Assembly: GCA_023213395.1 (NCBI GenBank)
Contig: CM041465.1
Location: 231,949,741 to 232,013,740, forward strand
From: Cycas panzhihuaensis
Taxonomy: Eukaryota; Plantae; Cycadophyta
Reading direction: 5' to 3'
Length of the DNA: 64,000 nt
The position numbers and the translations under genes were made by a program. Shown here one piece after another: positions 53,501-64,000 of the stretch (position 1 is the first letter of the stretch; the number at the start of each line of letters is the position of its first letter). The notes under the pieces were generated by a model, which saw only the letters and a program-made list of their open reading frames with translations, was not told where the DNA came from and did no database searches.

Positions 53501-54563
53501 TTAGATTTTGGTGGCATTAAAAAAATTATAGCTCGTATTCAACTAGATGCCAATGTAATCCATACTCTAATAAAACTTTCCATAGAGGGGGGAATTCTTA
53601 TAGTCACCGCTTGAAAGTAGATCACAAGACTTAAGTGAAGGAAATGTGTATATAGAATATATAAATCTTCTTTAAGGCATTTAAATTGTGGGTAATAAAA
53701 ATAACAATTTATAATGGGTAGCTATGGTCATGATCATGAGATTCTTGTCAAAATAAAAGCATACATACATTCCCAATGAGAGAATGCTAGTGCTAGTTTA
53801 GATTTATGATGGGGAAAAACTTAATTAATGTGAATTCTTAGCACCTAATATGAGGGTATAACTCCAAGAAGACTAAATCTGCCCCTTTAGGCACCTAATA
53901 TTATTATTGGTTATCATATTGCATTAATATCCATGAGTTCAACCACCTCAAGTGGTCATACAACAAGGGAAGTCATTAATAAAATAATAAGTTAATGTAT
54001 TTTTAGCCAACACAAATAATTTGGAAGTTAAAGGGCAGGTGAAAAGGAAAATGTAAGGGTTGTAAAGTGGCTACAATAAATACTTAATAGCCCCATCCAA
54101 CACATATCCAAATAAATAGTAAAAAAGAGTATAAAGTGACAATAAGATAAATAAGAGATAGAATATGAGCCCTTGTTATAAGAATGGAAAGTAAATAAAG
54201 AAGAATTCCCACCTATCATAAATTCAAGTGAAGGATATTCCTATCATCAAACTCCCATGGAGAATAAGGGAAAATAAATAATTTAGCTAGTGGAAGAATT
54301 AGAGAAAGGATACAAAGAAAAAATTGTCACTTAATAGGAAAATTTGAAGGAGAAGGATGCTATTATTGCTATTATAAGCCAAATTAATAAAAATTTATTG
54401 AAAGCAAGTGAAACTAGTAGAGGCATGGGATTAAGATTGCAAGAGCAACCCTAGTTATAGAATAGAGAAGGAAGAGAAATACAAAATTTTTAAATAAAAA
54501 ACACCCAAATTTTAAATTTTTATAAGAAAGAATACTCAACTATTTTTATTAACCCAAGATAGA

Positions 54564-55964
54564 TGTTGGGGCCTCCTCTAGTTTACACATATGGAATAGT
54601 GGGAAACATGCTAAATTTGTGTCTAAAAGGGTGGAATGAATACAAGAGAAAGCCTAATGTGTGTTAAGATAAATGAATGCATGCTAGAACAAACAAAATT
54701 TATAAGAAAAATACTCTTAGTGAGCATAATACAGAGTTTGTTCCAAACCTAAACACATTACAAATAAGAATGTATTAAGAACACAAATCAAGGAATATGA
54801 GGAACACATGTAGTAGATGTAGCAATCTCACAAAATTTTTCTAAGAAATATAGTGTAAAATAGACAAAATATCCACCAAATACACTTCTAAAATATTTAA
54901 TTAAGAGAGTAATAATATAAATCTGCTTGAATACTTCTTCCATACAAATATAAAATAGTATGGAAGGAATATAAATTGAATAAATGCAATATTACTAAAT
55001 AATCCTACAAGTATTGTCAATAATGAATCCCTCTTTGAGGTGAGGTTCCCTCCACAAAGCTTCCATAAGGGGCCGAAGATATGGCAGTCCAAACTTCTTT
55101 TGATGATACCCAAATGAAGCTGCAAATCCTCCTTAAATAGGTGGCCAAAAGATATTAGTAGAAGTCAGCTAGAAAAGAGGTATAAACCCACCCAAAATCA
55201 AGACTAAAAATGGGTTAGAACTTCCCTAAAAACTAGTAAGCTTAAAACTACAAATAGCCATAACCTTTGCTATAGATGTCAAAATTGACTTTCGTTTGAA
55301 ATGTTGGAATCATGATTCAGAGGCCTTCGATTTGAATGGTCACAAGCTATAGTTTTGACCAAATTTCAAGGTGTTTAGGATGCTACAATAGATGAAAAAA
55401 CATGTTTCAAAACTTATGATATTTGCATTTTGCATAGGGATGGATGAATATATGGCCATAATGATTAAGTATATTATTAATTAGATTAAAAGGGTGTTAT
55501 GAAAGAGAATAGTTGTGATCATAAGTCACAACCATTCCTCTTAAAAGACATGTAGTTTTGTATTTATAGGTCATTTTTCCACCTTGTTAATAGTGATAGT
55601 TAAGTTAATGAGTCTTGTGATATGTTCTCAATGGTAAGCATTGAGTGTGATGATCTAAAATAATATAAGAGGCTATTGTATAGTGTTACTGCTTAATGAA
55701 TTCAAAGTTATGAGGAAATATTATACTATTTATGTGAATGCATTACTTTAATGTTATAATGATGATGTTATAATATTGTCATAATGATATGACAATGATA
55801 TTATACTATTAAGATGATACTTATGGCTGTATAAAGTATGTTAAGATGAATATATATGTGAATGGTGATATGGATATGTAGTTGACATATTAAAATATCC
55901 TTAAGAAGACTACATATAAGTGGGCCTTGATATAAGTGCTTAGGGGATGAGGACCAAGTCAATA
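54564..55964 (+). repeat. T1 3' LTR (1401 bp)
   Basis: Colinear with 23450-24269; followed by TSD ATTAT. Confidence 0.88.
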
Positions 55965-55969
55965 ATTAT

Positions 55970-58900
55970 AATTAAAAATTTCCCTCTAAGGGGATACATA
56001 CAAAGGAAAACTATGTAATTACCCCTAAGGGTTTAAACCATGATATACAAATCAATTGATCACCCAACCTCCTCCACTTATATGGGAAGTAGAATTGTTA
56101 CCACATCTATCATCCCTTTTAACAAGGGGGTCTTCTCTCAACTTGAACCCTTTGTAGGTGGTAGGTTTAATGTTGATTAAGATAAGCATCTAAGTGGTGA
56201 GTTTCTCATTAGCCTTTAGATTAATCAAATGAGAGGCCGAGTGCTACTATTAATAAGGTACAATAGGGTGCTTATGCTTAGATTTACTTTTACCCCCAGA
56301 GTGGCTCTTATAGGGTTCCATCTATGTTGAGTTGCCTTCCCTGAGTAGTCCTCTAGACATAATGCATGGGGTTGTCCCCTAATTCTCTATCAACTTAAGG
56401 AGGTTAGTGAGTTCTACTTAGACTTTGTGAGCCTTGACACTAATCTATAAAGCATATAAATGTATTATAGTTATGAATAGTTTAATCAGGAAGATGCATG
56501 TAGGTGCTTTGTATTAAAAAGAACACATAATTTCTAAATTTCTATATAGCATAAAGAATTTTATTTATCAACAACTTCTAATCTAAATGCAAAGAATGAG
56601 AGAGAAATCTTATATCATTAAGTAAGGTTATATTCTAAGCTTAGGTTACTGATTACAATCAATTTAAGAAAGGTGCTAACTAAATGCTCAATGTGGTTTA
56701 GAAAGGAGAGCCCTTAATGTGGCTTACTACCCCTCTAGCTTAGCAATTTCTTATAGTCCTCCCATACTAAACAAATAAACTAGAAGATAGGTAAGTCTAC
56801 CACTTTGATTAGTATAGGGGTGATTAAGCCCTCTTGTGTGGAGAGAATTATTTTTTTGTTATAACCTAACTTGACCTATGCTACATTATGTCTAATGAGG
56901 ATCTTCCAAGACTAATCACCTTTAACAACCTTAATAAGCCAGTTGGCACAAAGAGCTTTACCTTAAAGTTTTATATTAATGAGTCCTAGACCCCCCCTTA
57001 CTTTTGAGTTTATAACAAATCTAAGAATTGACTCTATTAAAGCCTTTATTTTCTTCAAGGTTAAAGAAAAACGATGATATGAGAATTTTGATCACCATAT
57101 CATATGTCACATTAGAGGGCACTTAGCACAAAGAATAGTAGATATGGGTGGTGGCTAAGACCTTATATTAGATTTAAACAATAATTTAGAAGGCCATGAG
57201 GCAAGTTTATTTTCCACTCTACTAAGTACATAGTTCCAAATATTTGTAAGAGAAGATCCAAATCTAAACAAAATACCAAGAAGCTTAAATACCTCTCTTA
57301 TTTAACTCCATTCCCAATTGAATAATGTAATCCATGTTGGCATGTCCTTTATGTCTTAGTAGTACCAAGTGGTTTTCTCCTAGTTGACTCTTGAACTAAA
57401 AGCTTCGTAAAAGTTATTAATTACCTCTAGCATTTGCCTTACTAAATGATATTTAACTTTTATCCTAAGGAAGAAGTCATTTCCAAATTGTTTATTGACT
57501 AACTATTTATCATTACTTGGAATACATTTGATCAAACCAAAACTAAGTTCTCCTACAATAAATATCTTAAAGCGATAACTATTAAGATAAATAAAGTGTG
57601 GGTTAGAGAACAACCTTGCCTTATAGAGCATTAAATTTGCATTAGTTAGGATAATAAAGTTTTCAATAAAATTATGATTAAGGCATTTTTAGAAAGAACT
57701 TGAATCAACTTTGTAAATCTTTCACCATATCTATCTCCATTCAACTTGATCATAAGCTTTCTCAAAGTTCAACTTCATGAACAAGATGCCCTACCAAGTA
57801 GTTTTATCCCACTACATACCCTTTCCTATGCTAATGATCTTATCTAAAATAAATCTAGCTTTGATGAACCCTTTTTATTCTAACTGCATTATCTTTAGAA
57901 AGAGGGATTTAATTTTGAAAGTTAGAGCCTTTGCTAAAATTTTATATGACACATTTAACAATATGTTGGGCTTATAACTTGAGATAACTTCTAGATCACC
58001 TCCATTTAGAATGAGTGTAATAGAGTCTTAATTGATAATCTCTCATAAGGACACTAATTGAATGGCTTCTTAATAAAAATTTAGGAGAACAGAGCCAATA
58101 ATGTCGTATGTATCTTTGTAAAATTCATAGGGGAGCCCATCTAATCTAGGGGATTTGTCGTTAGTCATCATGTAAATATCCTTTATTAATTCTTCTACTT
58201 TGATGGGGGTATTGCATATAATTCTCTAAGTTTCTAGAACCTTCTTTGGTATCATAGTTTAGCATTTCTTTCTAGCATCCTCTAACTTTGAGGTGAAATG
58301 TTGAGCTCTAAAGATCCGCATATAGTAATTGACTAATTCTTCTAAAGTGGCTTAAACATGTATGAGTTAACAATAAAAAACTTTCAGGGCTAAGCTTTTC
58401 TCATTACTTAACTTCCTTTTAACTATCTAGAAGAAAAATTTAGAACATAGTTATCATTATTTTAGCTAGTGTGACCTAGCTCTAATACTAGCACCTTCAA
58501 CCCTCCTAGTTTTAGAAGCTTTCATAGCCTAAGACAATTATGTTACTTCTTTTGTAAGGAGCCATTAAACATATCTTTCTCTAGAGATAGCCTTGAAATA
58601 GCTAACTTGCTTACATTGAATTTATTAACTCTTCTTCTAATTGTAGCAAGTGAGGTAATGCAAGAAACTACTTCTTCCCACTAAGCAATTTAACCCCTAT
58701 AGCTAATGGGTAAAGGGATGAGAAATTGGGCTTGTTTGATCATTGATAGATAGAGTTTAAAGTCTAGGTGCAACATGTTCAATTTAAATATTGAATAATG
58801 AGGTGTTAGTTTATCATCCCCCCAAATTATAGTAAGGTGATAGGATGGCGATCAAACATAAGGGAACCATTGAAGACTCTTATTAGTCTATCATCTTGTA

Positions 58901-60790
58901 AAATCTCAAACTAATTATTAGAGACCATATACCTATTAAGCCTCTTTAGGATTCTTTCTTTTTTAGGCTAAATTTAGACCATGTGAACCAAGGATCGTGG
59001 CCATCTCCCTTCTTGAAAGGGTTATGATTGTATAGATTGAGCTTATTCTTGACAACCAACCAGACATGTTTTGCTCCATGATGCCATTTGAATTGTCTAC
59101 CTCCCAACTTATCAAAGGGTGCCTCTGTCATGTTAAATCCATCAAAAGTAACCCATAAAACATTTTGAAGATTATAGCTAATCCATATCCATAGAGAAGC
59201 TCTCTCCTTTAGTGTGTTATGGGTATACACATTAAGAATCCCCAAGAGCATATTATCAATACTATGAGCAATCTGCATGTATTTGTTATGTGAGTTTAAG
59301 CCATGCATGACCACATTCTTTCCCTATTGGGGTCTTAAAAGTGATAAAGCACCATCCTATCCCTTAACATGGGTTGTTCTAAAAGATATAAAATTTCTCT
59401 AAAGGAAGGATGCAACAAACTTCAAATTATTACAAAAGTATTTAACTCTCTATAAACAAAGGACATGAAGCCCTATAAAATTGCTACAAAAATTTTTGAC
59501 AACCATTCTTCTAAATTGTTTAGAAAGGCCTCTTATATTCCAACTAATATCATTCACTATTAATGTCTTCAATCTTCATATTACTACCCTCTCCATCAAT
59601 GCTAGTAGACTAGGTTGTAAACTAATTAGCTTTTAGTAAACCATTAGAGGATTTAGGGTATTTAATCACATGATTAAAAAAAAACTTTGATAAATAATAC
59701 ACCCTTCTCTTCATCTGACCTACCTATAGCCCTTTGAGTTTTTGGAATGTTAAAAGGAGAGATTGACTTAAAGGTGATTAGTGATGTTCAATCACTTTCT
59801 CCTTTCCTTTCTTAGTAACATTAGTTGTATATTCCTTGGTTCTACCATCCAACCTATTTGGAGCTTAGTGTTGAGGTTTAACAACAAGTTGTTATTGTTT
59901 TAGCTTGGGATTCTTTCTCACCACCTTTTTATTATGTATTTCAATCTAATTATTAAAGATTTTGGTAATAGGGCTTGGAACTTTCCCTTTAGAAGGAGAG
60001 CTCCTAGATTCAATAAACTTATTTAAATGGTAGTTCTTAACTCTATGGTCATTAGATTTACATCTAAAGTAAGTGTCTAGGTGTTCAGATATAGCACCTT
60101 TTGTTTAAGCACAACTTTCCCATATTGAACTTAAATAACTTAAAAAGAACTCTATGTATGGCTCTCAGAAGATAAAATTTCCTACTAGTTGGGCTAGATC
60201 TTTAATAAATGGCCAAAAGTGCATATGGAGGCTTATGATTTCAACCCATACTAAGCATTTAATTATGACATCTCGATAAAAAATAAAGTCTAGATCCCAA
60301 TGGTTTAACACTGCTGGATTTCTCTTACACATCCATAGTCCTTCATATAAAACCTGTCTAAAGGCTTCATATGGCTCAAAAATAAAAGGAACAAAACTTT
60401 TGTAAAGTTTATGGTAGAAATAGTCTTCTATTAGAAGACTTTGATTATAATTTTTACCATTATGTAATAACTCCCTTAGTTGGAATGTGATCTGCAAAGT
60501 ACATTATTAATGTATGAGAGTAAATGCTACTTAATACATTAGAGATAATATTAACATTCAAATAAACTAATCAAATGTCTGACTCACCTTATTGTAAACT
60601 TTTGGGATAGACTTTCTTACTTGTTTTAATGCCATTCTCTACTTGTAGACTAAATAGGGTTGTTATTGAATTGGTTTAGTGTTACCCTCTAATTAATTTA
60701 TAAAATGATCAACATTTTCTCGAAGCATCCATAATAGCACCCAATATGATATCAAGCCTAGTCGACCAACATATACTACCTAATATACCT
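55970..60790 (-). mobile_element. Old near-full-length L1 LINE, decayed (boundaries approximate)
   Basis: ORF1 DUF4283-like (60165-60497) plus decayed knuckle YFRCKSNDHRVKNY; endonuclease start ISWNIRGL (~59555); RT motifs KSPRLDGLPYEFYK, NFEKAYD, RQGCSLT, GGLGL; C-terminal I*KFRN (~56540). Confidence 0.88.
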
Positions 60791-61206
60791 TAAGAAACAA
60801 CAAAATGTAGAACAATGCAAGAATGACAACTAGAAATAACTTACTCATAAAGACTACTCATTGCATGGCTTCTCTCTAATAGTGCAAGAATAAGACCCTT
60901 AGGTGTCTTCTTTCCTATTTATAATATAATGAGACCTTCATTTTAAGATCTTATTATTTCCAAACATGTAAGAGTTCTAAGCACTCTAAAGTATTTTCCA
61001 TAAATTGAAGAATATAGGAATTATTCTAAAAGGCCTTAATAAGGAATATAAACCTTATTCAACTTAAACAAGAAATAATCTTATAAATGGGAATAAAGAA
61101 AATATATTTTTTTCATTGATAATGTGTTTTTGGTATAGGATTAATGTCTATAACTTGAATTTAAGATGACCTATCTCTTTATATTGCTTCTTAATGGACT
61201 ACCAAC

Positions 61207-61338
61207 CTATGTCATTCATCTCGTAATTGAACAAATTTTCATTGGCTACTTGCTCATGAATGCAGGTAGCCATGCCTCTAGTTTCACTAGGCACTGGCTT
61301 GTTTCCCTTTTCCATTCCTATACTTATTGCATCTATTC
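61207..61338 (-). other. Candidate host-gene exon (132 bp, phase 1-1), product unknown
   Basis: Acceptor TACTTTCTTAG|G and donor AG|GTTGGT bound an open frame IDAISIGMEKGNKPVPSETRGMATCIHEQVANENLFNYEMNDI; lies in non-TE-looking DNA; no homology recognised. Confidence 0.3.
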
Positions 61339-61999
61339 CTAAGAAAGTATTATTTGAAATATAAAAATGTTTTTGTTCATATGCCAAAAGTGTATGTCAT
61401 TTATTAGATCCATAAAATTATGAACATGTGATATATTTACAAAGTCAAAGACTGGGATTATAATATGTACTCATTATGATTAAGTTGTATGTTTAACATA
61501 TTTGTCTTTATAAGTCCTCTACCAACTTAAGAACAATTGTCTCTTTATCCAATAAATACCATGATGTACTGACTCCTTACTATTATCTAAAGATAAATAA
61601 GCTTAAGCATTAGAAGGCATATTGATTTTAATACATATTGTTGGATGTCTTCAAATATAAGATGATATAATAGAAGGAAAAAGATGAAGTACATATGTAA
61701 TAATCATGGTATTAAATTTAAATTAACTATCACAACACCATAAAAGTTTAACATAACTAGGCTTTTAGGTAAGTGTTGTTAAGCACATTTATTATTTGTC
61801 ATTACAACTAAACACTTGGACTAGTAGGCATATATATGTGTGTATCAATAAAAGTTCATTGCACCTAAAGGTGGTGTTGGATTTAGGTATATAGGAATGA
61901 ATGCTCCATATACAAAGTTAAATGGCATTCTACAAGCTTTATAGGAAGAGAGGTATGAGGAGCATCGATTATGTTTTTATATAAGGATAATATTGGCCA

Positions 62000-64000
62000 C
62001 TAAATTAGAGGACTAGAAGGATGAGGCATAAGAACCACTCAATTTGGTTATATATAATGGTACTACTAATCCATTAATTTATTTAGACTATGTTTTATAA
62101 TAAATATAGAATTAAGTATAATCTAGAGTTAGATTTGATACAACATTAGAGGTAGTTTTTGAAGGGGATTGCATTTAATTAGTGGCTAACATTTAGATCT
62201 TCTTGGAAGATGTATATAGATGGTATTCAATGGTTTTGGTGGAGGTTCAATTTGTAGTAGCAATAATAGCTCGATTATCTTCATAAGTTTTAAGGGAAGA
62301 TAAGTCTTGTGAAGCACATATAATGTTATAAACAAGCATGGTTGAGTACAAAAATATTGACAAAATACTAGCTTCATTTATTTCTAATTACCTTAGGTAA
62401 GATCCCACATGCATGGTTTATCATCTTAGAAAGAAAAAGATAAATATCTAATTAAATAAAAGTAAAGAAGCAATTCAAGAGCATTGTTAAGAACCATATT
62501 ACAAAACATAAGGAACTTCTCATTTGGCATAATAGGGATGATAATGGCCATGATCACAAAGGCATTATAAAAGGTGAAAGAGCCTTATTATAAGGAAATA
62601 ATTATTAATGAATTAAATGATGATGGTATTCAACAATACTTTAAGCATATTCATAGTCCCATGGGAGCCATCAAGGAAGAATCGATACACCAAAATTTAA
62701 ATTAATATGATAAGGTAGATCACCTTAAATCAATTAATCTTTGTACAAATGATGATCTTAAGAATAATTTTATAGTCGAAGGATGGACTAAGGATATCAT
62801 GACTAAAGCAAATGACTTATTTAAAGAATTCTAAGATGATTTTGTAAGGATATACAAGGATTTAAAAGGAATTCCTACAAATATCAAATTAATAAGAATT
62901 AAATTTTAGAATAAAGCACAACTAAATAGGCAAAAGCCTTATAGGCTAAAACCTAAATATAGAAAGAAGATCCAAGAAGAAGTTCAAAAGCTAGTTATTA
63001 TGGATTATATTTACTCAATGGAAAATACATAATCGGTAATCATGGTTATCATTGTAAAGAAGAAGAATAATGAATTTTATTAATTTTAAATCTTTAAACA
63101 AACTAACAAAGAAGGATCCATTCCTAATACCATCCATGGATCAAGTACTAGAAAATATAACAAGACAAGATTTTTTTTTTTACATGTGGATTTTTGGGGT
63201 ACAATCAAGTAAAAATCATAGAGGAAGACCAATATAAAATGATATTCATTATAGACTAAGTATTATATTCATGAGGATAATCACAATAGCTTTGAAGGAG
63301 TTTATTCATAAATTTATAAATGTTAACTTAAATGTTTAGGACTCATTCCATTGAAGGATTATATTACAAATATAAGATTAATATTATAGAAATGATATGA
63401 GGTTGGTATTTCTCTTAATTTAGGCAAGTGTTAATTTTTATTTCCTTTTAGCACATTATTAGGCCATGTCATCTATCAACAAGGATTACTAGTTGACTTA
63501 GGGAAAATCTAGGTTAACTTGGACTTGTAAGTATCTACAATTTCCAATATGGTTAAATAATTCCTTCAATACATGGGTTATCATTGGAAGTTTATATGGG
63601 GCTATGCTAAAATTATTACCCTACTAGAGATATTGCTATAAAAGGATGCCGAACTTATCTAGTCAAAGGAATTATTGCTAAGATGCATTCAATGTGGTAA
63701 GGAAGAAGTTGGTTAAGACTCTAATTCTAAAATTTCTTATTTGGTCAATAAATTTTCATGTTCGTGTTGATGATCTAAGTATATCCATTGTAGTAGTACT
63801 TATATAAACTATAAAGAGGTCAATTAAGCACTAGATGATATTTTCTAGTAGAAGACTTATGTATGCTAAGAATAATTATATAATGGTTGAATATGAAGAA
63901 GTTTTATTACTATCTACTAGCAAATTTCTTCAATTTTTATATTAACCATCAAGCACTCATGTATCTCATTAGTAAGCCCATTTTGCAAGGGAGAATTAAT
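62000..64000 (+). pseudogene. Highly decayed Tat-like gypsy pol (RT, start of RNase H); continues beyond the window
   Basis: LKSINLCT..LFKEF*D..YKDLKGIP..RQKPYRLKPKY..EEVQKL; KKDPFLIPSMDQVLE; GF.GYNQV; LLGHVI; GYAKIITLLE; the 5' boundary and LTR were not found. Confidence 0.8.

Larger units (their letters stand above)
23450..55964 (+). mobile_element. Tat/non-chromovirus-like gypsy element T1 lacking PR-RT-RH-INT core; host of G2-G5
   Basis: LTRs 23450-24269 and 54564-55964 (TGTTGGGG...CAAGTCAACA/AATA); perfect TSD ATTAT (23445-23449/55965-55969); gag at ~24500-26757; integrase tail at 32810-32983 plus 52575-52690. Confidence 0.85.

Noticed and set aside
60790-61150. Possible minus-strand LTR fragment (TATA-like CTATTTATA)
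   Set aside because: No partner repeat, termini or TSD could be defined

Overview
AT-rich plant nuclear heterochromatin. The style (very old, still paired LTR retrotransposons, only one solo LTR, heavy C>T/G>A decay) suggests a giant-genome seed plant such as a gymnosperm, but that is inference. Almost the whole window resolves into two nests of retroelements. Nest A (<1-22565): copia C2 carries copia C1 in its 5' LTR. C1 carries chromovirus gypsy G1, which carries the non-autonomous element N1. C2 also carries non-autonomous N2 (itself holding a solo LTR) and N3. Nest B (23450-55964): a Tat-like element T1 with gag joined almost directly to the integrase tail carries chromoviruses G2 and G3. 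G3 carries antisense G4, which carries G5 and a young 5'-truncated RNase H-bearing L1 with a perfect 17-bp TSD. To the right are an old near-full-length L1 (minus strand), a possible 132-bp host exon (minus strand, low confidence) and a decayed Tat-like pol. I found no recognisable intact host gene, RNA gene or CRISPR array, and no convincing wholly new biological system. The best leads are the non-autonomous LTR elements (gag-chimeric ORF, PBS relics inside LTRs), the gag/integrase-tail element, the young RNase H LINE and the candidate exon. All alignments and counts were done by eye.
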